Notes under the pieces: model-generated | Told to the model about the DNA's origin: nothing | The model's database searches: none | The model's input: only the letters and a program-made list of their open reading frames with translations | Assembly: GCA_031367385.1 (NCBI GenBank) | Contig: JANLPS010000358.1 | Span: forward strand, 1 to 64,000 | Source: Archangium sp. | GTDB taxonomy: Bacteria; Myxococcota; Myxococcia; Myxococcales; Myxococcaceae | Direction of reading: 5' to 3' | DNA: 64,000 nucleotides | Made by a program: the position numbers and the translations under genes | Shown: positions 18,556 to 27,353 of the stretch, piece by piece | How the letters are laid out: every line of letters starts with the position of its first letter | Numbering within the stretch: position 1 is the first letter of the stretch

Positions 18556-21500
18556 ATGAACGCGTCGAAGCTGGTGCATTGCCAAGCGAAGATGTTGCTC
18601 TTGCTGACAGGCGTGATCGCCGGTTCGGCGTGGGGCCAACTCAACAACGCGAGCCAGATTCCGGGCCTGGGGGCCGGCATTCAGCCCAAGGTCATGATCA
18701 TCTTCGACACCTCGCGCTCGATGCAGCACATGCCGCAGAGCAATTTGAACGACCCGTCGGTGCTCTACAACTGGCCAGCCATCGACTACTTCAATGACGC
18801 GGGCAACTACCGCTATCTGAACAACGACTTCGACCCGGTGGCGCCGAGCAGCGAATGTCTAAATCGCTTCTGCATCGCCAAGCGCGTGCTCTACACCCTG
18901 TTGCCGGCCTACTCGAACGACGTGCAGTTGGGCCTGGCGGGCTACTACCAGTACCGCACCGCCTACACCGTGCCGGCTGGTACGAGCGCATGCGTGTACG
19001 ACGTGTTGGCAGCCCCCGGTGAGTCGGTGACCTTCAGCTCGAGCGTCGCTGGGCTCAACGGCTCGTTCTACACGCCCCCGGGCGTCGCCCAAAGCTGCCG
19101 CACCGTGTTCTCTGACGGCGGCGTCGACCCACTGGCCCAGTACCGAATCACCAGCGTGACCAACATGGGCGGCACCGTGGTCAATTGCTCAGTGTACTCG
19201 AACATCGGCGCTGGGCCCTACGCACCCGGGGTCAAAACGGAGCTGACCGCGGCCGGCTGCAACAACAGCGCTGTCGTGACCTATTCGCCCAGCGGGCCGC
19301 CGAGCGCGACCTACGGTTCAGGGGTGAGCGCGATGACCAGCACGATGTGGGTCGCCACGAGCAACCCGGCCTATTGCACGACTCCTGGCAACCCGTTTCG
19401 GTACGCCCCGCGGGCAGGCTTCTTCACTGACTTCACCGTCGGCCCGACGGCGTTTAGTTCTCCCGGCGTGCCCAACATGTTCTTAGGTACCTCACCGACC
19501 GTTGCCAGCCCCGCGGCCGGCGGCGTGATCTGGTCGGGCCAGGCACCGGGCTGCAGCTTCGCTGCGCCATGCGACCTCGAGACCACCGGCGCCGCGGCGC
19601 TGCCAGACGCTCGCCGTTCGGTGCGGGTGTTCTATACTGATGCGGGCTCAGGCGACATCACGGTCGGCACCATCGTGTACTCGCCCGATGGCGGCGCGAC
19701 CTTCGAGCTTCATGGCCAGACCGGCGCGCTTGCCGACGGCGGCTGCGAGTACGCACCGGGCATCGCAGCGACGCTGGGCACCGACTACTACAAGAACACC
19801 GGGACCATGGCCGACTGGGGTTTTCCCAGGTACTCATGCGCCTACGGAGGCGTCGGGTGTCGCGTACGGTTTGCCGGCACGACCTCGCTCGGCCCAGTGA
19901 CCTACTTCGGCGCCACCACCGATGGCAACCGGTACACCTGGGCGTCACCCGGGGGCGCACCGCGGTACCCGTGCGACGTCACCGGCTCTCTGGTCAACGG
20001 CAGCTGGGCCCGCGGGTCGTCGTATGCCCCCGACGTTGACGCGAGAGGCCCCGGCGTCACCTGCCCAGACGTGAACGGGCTCACCTCGGCCGCTATCGGC
20101 GGCCAACCGGTCAACGGCACTGCCGGCTACTGCACGCCCGGCACGCCGTGCGACCTGCAAGCTGGCCGCCCCTACTTGAAGCCTGACCCGGCCTTGCACC
20201 TCTCGCCCCTGGCTGCGCCGGGCGCGCTGCGAGACGCCGGCTTCGGGCCTTATGACCACCCGACCATTCAGCTGACCAGCTATGTGCAGACCTGCCCCGG
20301 CCCCGCCGTGGCGGGCTCCTGGTTCGATGATGACGGCACCATTTTCGCGAGCGGCAACGCGGGGTGGGTCTCACCGGAGGGCCACAACGGCAACGGGTGT
20401 GAGCTGAGCGGCCACTGCCACATGACCTTTGACAACCGAGACAACGCGGCAGGCGGCGGGCCCCCGGCCCAGCGGCACCGGTCTGGTTCGATCCCCAACT
20501 ATTCCGCAAACGGCGGTACGTACTCGTATAGCGGCGCCTCAGTCTTGACGAGCGACAAGTGGGAGGTCGCCCTGCTGGCAGGCAGGTGCGCCGCCAGCCT
20601 GACGCTGAACAGCAATGAAGTCTTGCCCAGCGGCTTCGTCTGCTCGGCCACCGAGCCTTGCGAGTTGGGCAACGCGACCGAAGTGTGCAGAGACCCAGAC
20701 GGCTTTGGGCTCATGACGTGCCCTTCCGGGTCAGACGTCGCGGCGCTGCACCGCTGCCAGTACACCTCGTCAGACTTCCTCTACACCGCTCCAAACTTCG
20801 GAGTCTGCAAGTACACCCGCTACCAATCTCAGTACGGCACCGATTGGTGCGCCTACGAGCTCCACTCGTGGACCCCCGTGGCACCGCCGTCGGGCTGCGA
20901 TCACTACCGCACGTTCTGCAACTACGACGCGACGGCCTACCCCTACTCGTACGATGACCCGGTCTCGTATTGCCAAGTCACCGGGTCTTCTCGGCCCTGG
21001 AGCGGCACCACGCCCCGGACGTACCTGTACTCGTACCTCACCAAGGGCGGCGAATACATTGGCCGCAAAGACCTGACCCAAGACGTCCGCTTCGCGGCGA
21101 CTGCCCCCCTGGCCACGCGCAACTGGTGCGACGCGGCTTCTCCTTTTCCGTACTCGGCATTTTCGAGCGCCTGCCCCGCGGCAATCACCGCGACCAACAA
21201 CAGCTCGTACTGGGGTGATGCCACCTGCGCCGGTGGCCGGGAGTGCCTCTTGCGGGTACGCGGCAACGCAGGCCCCGACTTCCCCACGGCGCGCGCGAGT
21301 TATTTCAAGCCGTCTGCCATCGTGCCTGAGGTGCTCAACCCTGCTGCACCTCTCTGCCTCGCCCCTGACCGGCCGGGTGGCGAGACCACGCAATTCGACC
21401 CTGCGCCCTTCATGCCCAACGCCGACGGCGGCAGCGCTGATTCGCTGCCCCCGACCACGCTGGCCTGCCCGCTGAACCTCTACTCCGGTTGGTGGCAACA

Positions 21501-24500
21501 GTGCCCGACCAACTTCACAGGGCTGGTGCCAGGCAATTACACCTTGACGGTGTCGGCGTACCAAGACGCCGCCGGGCCAGCCGACGCCACGATGGCGTTG
21601 TACGTCGCGCCCGCTGGCAGCCCCGACTGGGCCTATGTCAACGTTGGCACCTACGCCGTCAGCAACGGGGCTCCCGATCAGCCCCTCTACACCGCCAACA
21701 TCACTGTGACTGGCACCTCTCTCTCGGTGCGGCCTGCCTTCACGAACGACTGGTACTGCGGCAGTTGCACGCCGGCCGACCGCAACCTCTTCGTGCGCAA
21801 GGTGAGCCTGTCGAGGGCGCCAACCAACTTCTGCGCGGGCTTCGGCAGACTCTCGCCCACGCGCGTCAACTTGCGCTCCGACTGGTACGACCCGGGCCAG
21901 CCAAGCAATGTGCCCCCGTATGTCGACTTCAGCACCCAGCAGACGGTGCGCAACAGCGGGTGGTCGTATGCCGACGGCGGCTCTGACATTTTCGTGCCGA
22001 TGGCCTCCAACAACCTGGGCCCGGTGCAGCAAGCGTTGGGCAGGTGTGCGAGACCGACCAACCTGACCTCGCCGGCCGCCGGCGGCCTGTGTCTGTCAGA
22101 TTTGTCGACTTGCGGCACGGGTTCGCAGCCCTGCCAGTCGAATGATGCGGGGTTGCCTGACTTCACGCCTCTCTACGGCAGCCTCGACAACGCCCTGAGC
22201 TACATGCGCGATCAGCTGAGCACAGATGACGGCTCGTACGCATGCCGCGACTACTACGTCTTGCTGGTCACCGACGGCCTCGAGTCGACGCCGAAGCACT
22301 ACAGCCAGTCAGACCTCAACACCCTGGTGACGTCGCTGCGCACGACGACCACGAGCGTGCCGGCGCCTCGCACCAAAGACGTGAAGACCTACGTAATTGG
22401 CTTCGGCGCCGGTCTGACCGGTGACGGCGGTCTCACCGACGTCGACATCATCGCTCGCGCAGGTGGCACGGCCCTCAAAGTCAACCCCAACCCCACCTCG
22501 CTCTACGACGCCTTCTTGTTCGACAACGTGAACGGCAAAGCACTGGCCGCTACCGACCAGGCCCAGCTCGGCCAAGCTCTCAATTGGGTCTTCTCGACGA
22601 TTTCGGCTGGCCGCTTCGCTCGCAGCCGCCCGGTGCTGTCTTCGAGCGGCGGGCGCCTCTATCAAGGCTACTTCGAGCGCGGCGTCACCGACGGCGGTAC
22701 GTCGCCCGAGCTCAAGGGCAACGTGGTGGCCTTCGAGCTCTCGGTCACCGGTGCGCTGACCCGCAAGTGGGACTACCAGACCAAGCTCGACAACCAGGCC
22801 ACTCGCGATGTGCGGGCAGCGCTCTCGACTGGAGACGGCGGCGTTCGGTTGGTCAACTTCGTGGCGGCGAACAACGACGTCACCGCGACGATGGACTCAT
22901 TGTGGGGCACGACCGACGCCGGCGTCGGGGTGGTGGCCTTCATTCGCAACGACTCCCTGGGCACCGGGGCCGATGAGACCTATGCCCCGGTGGTCGTGCC
23001 ACGCCGAACCCGCGCAGGCCCGGTCATGTTCTCGGCGCCCACCATCGTCGGGCCCGGTCGCACCGAGTGGCGCTCGGGCTACGGCGGCAACGCGACTGAA
23101 GCCTCACAGACCTCGTACCAAGGCTTCTTTGATGCCTGGGTCGGCCGGCCGCAGCGTGTGCTCTTCGGCAGCGGCGACGGCCTGTGGCGTGGCGTGGCCG
23201 AAGGCAACACCTGTGCCGACGAGTCTTCACTGGCCTGTGCAAACGGCCGTGAGGCCTGGGGCCTGGTGCCTCCAGAGGCCCTGCGTTCGCTTCAGACGAT
23301 TCGCCAAGGTGGCGCCTTGCCGGTGGTCGACGGCACGACCACCGCAGCTGACGTGTGCTGGCCCTCGGTGGGCAGCAACGCGGCTGACTGCGGAGCCGGA
23401 GATTGGCGCACCATCGCCATCAGCGCGATGCGCGGTGGCGGTCGCGGCATCTTGGCGGCCGACGTCACCGACGGCGGCTACCCCACCCCGATGTGGACGT
23501 TCAGCGGCAACAGCGATGACGACCACTTGGGCTACACCTACAGCAGCCCCGCCATCGGCCGAATCACCATCGATGGCTCGGGTACTAAGCGCTGGGTAGC
23601 GTTCATGGCTGGTGGTCTCAATGACGACGGCGCCGGCCACGATGGCAACTCGTTCTTCATCTTCGACCTGCAAAAGGGCAAGCCCAAGATCGGCGTGTCG
23701 GCGGGCCACAACGACACGTCATGGTCGGTCAGCGGCGACGGTACGTCGTTTACCGGCAAGACCGCGCTCTTCAGGCCGGTGAACCCCCCAAGCGTCGACG
23801 TGCGGGCGGCCTACTTCGGCGGCACCGACGGCTATCTCTACGACGTTCGGTTGAAGCTCGACTCGTTTGAGCCAGACCGCGACTGGAAGCCCGAGGTCTT
23901 CTTCGCGCCACGCTGCACCGCCGGCACCTGCGGCGGTGCTGACCGCGCGCGAGACGACGCCAAGCAGTACCCAGGGCTCTCGGCCAACACCCCGTTGTGG
24001 ACCATCAACAAGACCACCGGTCTGCAGGGCACGACGGGCTGCACGCTGCCGCTGGGCGACCTCTCTGCCTTGTGTACCCGCTACAACGTCAGCCCGAAGT
24101 TCATGAACCGCCCGACCTTGGCCACGGCGAGCGACCCCAGCTTGCAGCGCCCCGACGTCTACATCGGTACCGGCGACGCCATCGATGTGAGCTCGGTGGC
24201 TCCCAGCGAGCAGAACTTTCTCTTCGCCATTCACGACACGGCGCGCCCTGACGCGACCCGAAACACGTCAAGCTCGGTCAACCCGTCGAAGCGCTCGAGA
24301 AACGACCACTACGGCCAGGCGATGTGGGCATACGCGCTCGATGTTGGAGAGAAAGTGCTCGGTGAGCCCGCGCTCATCGGCGGCTCGGTCATCTTCGCGA
24401 CCTATGTGCCGGTGGGCAACGGCTGCACCGTCTTGGGCGACTCGTATCTCTACGCGTTCGACCCGGTGACCGGCGCTCCTCGCGCTGCGCTGTTCAACCC

Positions 24501-24681
24501 CGCGACCGGCAGCTACGTCTCGGTGCTCAAGCTCGAAGGGGCGGGCCCCTTGAGCGACCTGGTGGTGGCCGCCAACAAGCTGTGGTTCGCACCGACCAGG
24601 TCGACGGGCGCCCCGGAGTCGGTCGATGTTCGCGGCGCAAACTATCGCGGCGTCATTCACGGGTGGAGGCGGGTGCGATGA
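18556..24681 (+). CDS. pilY1: Type IV pilus tip adhesin PilY1/PilC, very large and Cys-rich
   Basis: Signal peptide, vWA MIDAS (IIFDTSRS ... LLVTDG ... TYVIGFG), and C-terminal PilC-type beta-propeller (EAWGLVP, VDG...DV, WRTI, LGYTYSSP, YIGTG). Directly upstream of four prepilins. Confidence 0.88.
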   Translation: MNASKLVHCQAKMLLLLTGVIAGSAWGQLNNASQIPGLGAGIQPKVMIIFDTSRSMQHMPQSNLNDPSVLYNWPAIDYFNDAGNYRYLNNDFDPVAPSSECLNRFCIAKRVLYTLLPAYSNDVQLGLAGYYQYRTAYTVPAGTSACVYDVLAAPGESVTFSSSVAGLNGSFYTPPGVAQSCRTVFSDGGVDPLAQYRITSVTNMGGTVVNCSVYSNIGAGPYAPGVKTELTAAGCNNSAVVTYSPSGPPSATYGSGVSAMTSTMWVATSNPAYCTTPGNPFRYAPRAGFFTDFTVGPTAFSSPGVPNMFLGTSPTVASPAAGGVIWSGQAPGCSFAAPCDLETTGAAALPDARRSVRVFYTDAGSGDITVGTIVYSPDGGATFELHGQTGALADGGCEYAPGIAATLGTDYYKNTGTMADWGFPRYSCAYGGVGCRVRFAGTTSLGPVTYFGATTDGNRYTWASPGGAPRYPCDVTGSLVNGSWARGSSYAPDVDARGPGVTCPDVNGLTSAAIGGQPVNGTAGYCTPGTPCDLQAGRPYLKPDPALHLSPLAAPGALRDAGFGPYDHPTIQLTSYVQTCPGPAVAGSWFDDDGTIFASGNAGWVSPEGHNGNGCELSGHCHMTFDNRDNAAGGGPPAQRHRSGSIPNYSANGGTYSYSGASVLTSDKWEVALLAGRCAASLTLNSNEVLPSGFVCSATEPCELGNATEVCRDPDGFGLMTCPSGSDVAALHRCQYTSSDFLYTAPNFGVCKYTRYQSQYGTDWCAYELHSWTPVAPPSGCDHYRTFCNYDATAYPYSYDDPVSYCQVTGSSRPWSGTTPRTYLYSYLTKGGEYIGRKDLTQDVRFAATAPLATRNWCDAASPFPYSAFSSACPAAITATNNSSYWGDATCAGGRECLLRVRGNAGPDFPTARASYFKPSAIVPEVLNPAAPLCLAPDRPGGETTQFDPAPFMPNADGGSADSLPPTTLACPLNLYSGWWQQCPTNFTGLVPGNYTLTVSAYQDAAGPADATMALYVAPAGSPDWAYVNVGTYAVSNGAPDQPLYTANITVTGTSLSVRPAFTNDWYCGSCTPADRNLFVRKVSLSRAPTNFCAGFGRLSPTRVNLRSDWYDPGQPSNVPPYVDFSTQQTVRNSGWSYADGGSDIFVPMASNNLGPVQQALGRCARPTNLTSPAAGGLCLSDLSTCGTGSQPCQSNDAGLPDFTPLYGSLDNALSYMRDQLSTDDGSYACRDYYVLLVTDGLESTPKHYSQSDLNTLVTSLRTTTTSVPAPRTKDVKTYVIGFGAGLTGDGGLTDVDIIARAGGTALKVNPNPTSLYDAFLFDNVNGKALAATDQAQLGQALNWVFSTISAGRFARSRPVLSSSGGRLYQGYFERGVTDGGTSPELKGNVVAFELSVTGALTRKWDYQTKLDNQATRDVRAALSTGDGGVRLVNFVAANNDVTATMDSLWGTTDAGVGVVAFIRNDSLGTGADETYAPVVVPRRTRAGPVMFSAPTIVGPGRTEWRSGYGGNATEASQTSYQGFFDAWVGRPQRVLFGSGDGLWRGVAEGNTCADESSLACANGREAWGLVPPEALRSLQTIRQGGALPVVDGTTTAADVCWPSVGSNAADCGAGDWRTIAISAMRGGGRGILAADVTDGGYPTPMWTFSGNSDDDHLGYTYSSPAIGRITIDGSGTKRWVAFMAGGLNDDGAGHDGNSFFIFDLQKGKPKIGVSAGHNDTSWSVSGDGTSFTGKTALFRPVNPPSVDVRAAYFGGTDGYLYDVRLKLDSFEPDRDWKPEVFFAPRCTAGTCGGADRARDDAKQYPGLSANTPLWTINKTTGLQGTTGCTLPLGDLSALCTRYNVSPKFMNRPTLATASDPSLQRPDVYIGTGDAIDVSSVAPSEQNFLFAIHDTARPDATRNTSSSVNPSKRSRNDHYGQAMWAYALDVGEKVLGEPALIGGSVIFATYVPVGNGCTVLGDSYLYAFDPVTGAPRAALFNPATGSYVSVLKLEGAGPLSDLVVAANKLWFAPTRSTGAPESVDVRGANYRGVIHGWRRVR

Positions 24682-25232
24682 GCCAGCCTGCCCGCCACCA
24701 CCGTGCGGGCTTCACGATGCTCGAGATGATGGTGGTCATTGCCATCATCGGCGTCTTGGCGGGGCTGGCCATCGTGAACCTGACCAGCCTCAATGGCACC
24801 GCCAAGGCCAACGGCGAGGCCGAGGTCATCGCTCAGATGATTCGGGTGACGCGCATGCAGGCGATTTCAACCGGCTGCGGTCATGTCTTTCGGTACCGGG
24901 GTCTCGAGTACGCTGGTGCTGACAAGGGCACGCTCACCGTGTACCGAAAGAAGACCGTGTCATGCGTGCTCGGAGCGCCCACAGACTTGGTCTTCGGTGC
25001 CGGCGACCTCGTGGTGAATAGCCACCAACTCAGCACGGGCATGGTGGTGGTGGCCGGGGCTGACTTGAAAGACAAGAGCGTCGAGCTTGGCTTCAACGCC
25101 AATGGCACCACGGTCTCGGGGGCCGATGGCAGCGCCTGGGCGTTAGTGCCCTTCGTGGTGAGCAGCCTTCAGAATGACCGCTACACCCGCACCGTCGCGT
25201 TTCTTGGGGGCTCGAATGTCACGCTTCAATAG
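24678..25232 (+). CDS. fimU: Minor pilin FimU/GspH-like
   Basis: Prepilin cleavage site AG|FTMLEMMVVIAIIG. ATGA overlap with the pilY1 stop. Confidence 0.8.
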   Translation: MSQPARHHRAGFTMLEMMVVIAIIGVLAGLAIVNLTSLNGTAKANGEAEVIAQMIRVTRMQAISTGCGHVFRYRGLEYAGADKGTLTVYRKKTVSCVLGAPTDLVFGAGDLVVNSHQLSTGMVVVAGADLKDKSVELGFNANGTTVSGADGSAWALVPFVVSSLQNDRYTRTVAFLGGSNVTLQ

Positions 25233-25632
25233 GGGCGCGACGCTCGTCGAGGTGCTGGTCGCGGCGGCGGTACTGGCGATCGGCCTCTCGGCCATCGCGG
25301 CGGTGCTGACCCAGACCTCGCTCAGCTCGCGAACGGGGTTGCGCAAGGGCGAAGTCGCGTTGGCCGGAGCCAGCACGCTCGACGACTGGTCATGCCGCGG
25401 GTACGCCAACTTGAGCGAGGGCCTCTACGACGCCGGCACCGTCTTTTCGGCGCAAGGCGTACCCCTCTACGAGCAAACGATGACGGTCACCTCCTTGGCC
25501 GATGCTGGTGTGTCAGGGTACCGGCTGCAGCTCGACGTCTCGTGGAATGACGTGACCTTTGGCGCCAGCCAGGCAGTCAAGCAGTGGCAGCGCTACGAGA
25601 CCATCGTCACCGGAGGCTTCGATGGCGGGTAA
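25216..25632 (+). CDS. pilV: Minor pilin PilV-like
   Basis: RG|ATLVEVLVAAAVLAIGL, short pilin. Confidence 0.75.
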   Translation: MSRFNRGATLVEVLVAAAVLAIGLSAIAAVLTQTSLSSRTGLRKGEVALAGASTLDDWSCRGYANLSEGLYDAGTVFSAQGVPLYEQTMTVTSLADAGVSGYRLQLDVSWNDVTFGASQAVKQWQRYETIVTGGFDGG

Positions 25633-26728
25633 GCGACGCGGAGCTCGGGGCTTGACGCTCATCGAGTTGTTGGTGGTGGCGGCCATCTCGAGCATCTTGG
25701 TCGTCGCAGCGGCGGCGATGCTTGCCACCGCGCTCGAGCAACGCACAGGCCTTCGCAAACGAATGGACCGCCTGACCGACGCGTTCTCGACCTTGACGCT
25801 GCTCGAGGGCAGCGCGGCGAACGTGGGAGACCACTTCCCTTCGTCGCGCTTCGGGTTTCGACTCTTCAACAATGTGCAAGCGGGCGACTCGTACGGGGGC
25901 CTGGGGGTCGGCGCGGGCTGTTCGACCGGCTACTGCGTGGTGCCGCAAACCGATGTCATCGAGACCGTTCAAGGCACGCCCGGCCCCTTTTGGACCGTGG
26001 CGGTCGACTCTGGGCCCGACGGCGGCGTGCTCGAGGCGCCGCTGGTCAGCGGAGCGGGCGGCTTGCCGACGGGAGACGTGAGCCCGCATGTGTTCTTGGC
26101 GACAGACGCGTTCGGTCACAGCTGCCTTGGGAGCGGCGAGCTCAACCTCACCGGCAACATCATCTATTGGGTGCCGATGGACCGTGATTGGGTCACGCAG
26201 TCACTGTCGTATTACGAGCCGACTGCGTCTGCTCCGCGAAACTACCGTTGCCCCGCCAAAGACATGATCGTGGCCGTCGCCCAAAGACGCAGACACTACC
26301 TGGTGCTGACCCAAGCAGATGGCGGCTCGATGGGCCTCTATACGCACGACGCCGACCCCGACGGGGTGTTCTCGGCCAGCGCGGGGGTGTCTGTGCTGGG
26401 CCTCAACGTCGACAATATGCAGGTCGCGCCCATCGTTCGAAACGACGACGCTGGTTTCACGGCCAGGTGCAGCATGGGGGCGTGCGTGTGCAACCGCGGC
26501 GGCAGCTGCGTGCTTGACGGGGGCAACACCGACGACGAATTCGTGGTGTCAGACTTCGTGGTGGGCGCCCAGGTGAGCATCAGCGTTCAAGGCGATCACG
26601 CACAGCGGGTGAGCGCTCCGGTCACCCGGCCAGCGTTGGGCGACGAGAGCCTGGGCGCCGACGACATCGTGAGGTTGAGCGAAACGCAGTCGTTCATGTT
26701 TCGAAATTTCTCTCAGGTGATGAAATGA
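25622..26728 (+). CDS. pilW: Minor pilin PilW-like
   Basis: RG|LTLIELLVVAAIS, long Cys-containing pilin with NVDNMQV motif. Confidence 0.78.
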   Translation: MAGKRRGARGLTLIELLVVAAISSILVVAAAAMLATALEQRTGLRKRMDRLTDAFSTLTLLEGSAANVGDHFPSSRFGFRLFNNVQAGDSYGGLGVGAGCSTGYCVVPQTDVIETVQGTPGPFWTVAVDSGPDGGVLEAPLVSGAGGLPTGDVSPHVFLATDAFGHSCLGSGELNLTGNIIYWVPMDRDWVTQSLSYYEPTASAPRNYRCPAKDMIVAVAQRRRHYLVLTQADGGSMGLYTHDADPDGVFSASAGVSVLGLNVDNMQVAPIVRNDDAGFTARCSMGACVCNRGGSCVLDGGNTDDEFVVSDFVVGAQVSISVQGDHAQRVSAPVTRPALGDESLGADDIVRLSETQSFMFRNFSQVMK

Positions 26729-27309
26729 ACTCAGAGCGTCGGCGCCGCGGGTATGTGCTGCTGTTCGTGCTGTTGGTCTTGATGGTGCTGACCGTGGCAG
26801 TCGCTGCGTTGTACTCGTCGACCAGCAACACGCTCTATGCCACGCAGGCGATGACCCGTCAGAAGTTGGCCTCGACGCGGGCCGACCTGGGCGCCCAAGT
26901 GGCCATTTCGTACCTTAAGCGAGGGTCGACCGCGGCGGGCTCGGTGATTGACCCGGTGGCCAACTTTCAGAACGTCTGCACGGGCCCGGTCGACTCGGTG
27001 CTGCACCCTGGCAACTGCGCGGCCACCGACATTCTGGTCGGCAGCGCAGAGGGCGGCGTCGGTAACAATTACGCCGCCGGTGACGGTTGGCGGTACCGCT
27101 ACTGGGTGTACCGCCGAAAGCCGCTGCTGCCTGACGGCGGCGAGTCGAGCGAAGTCGCTGCGCGCAACCTGCTCACCGTCTACGCGGAGGGGTACTTCGG
27201 GCGTGGAGACGCTGGCAGCGTCAGCTTCGGCGTCGCGGCAGTCGAAGCCGACGTGATGATGGGCATGGGTGGTGCCGGTGCCGGGTCGGGCGTCAGGTAC
27301 GAGTACTGA
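26725..27309 (+). CDS. pilX: Minor pilin PilX-like
   Basis: RRG|YVLLFVLLVLMVL with no Glu at position +5 (a PilX/GspK hallmark), and the A.TRADLGAQ motif. Confidence 0.75.
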   Translation: MNSERRRRGYVLLFVLLVLMVLTVAVAALYSSTSNTLYATQAMTRQKLASTRADLGAQVAISYLKRGSTAAGSVIDPVANFQNVCTGPVDSVLHPGNCAATDILVGSAEGGVGNNYAAGDGWRYRYWVYRRKPLLPDGGESSEVAARNLLTVYAEGYFGRGDAGSVSFGVAAVEADVMMGMGGAGAGSGVRYEY

Positions 27310-27353
27310 AGGCTCTCTCGCAACACCCGTGACCCGTGGTAACCCAGTGCGCC

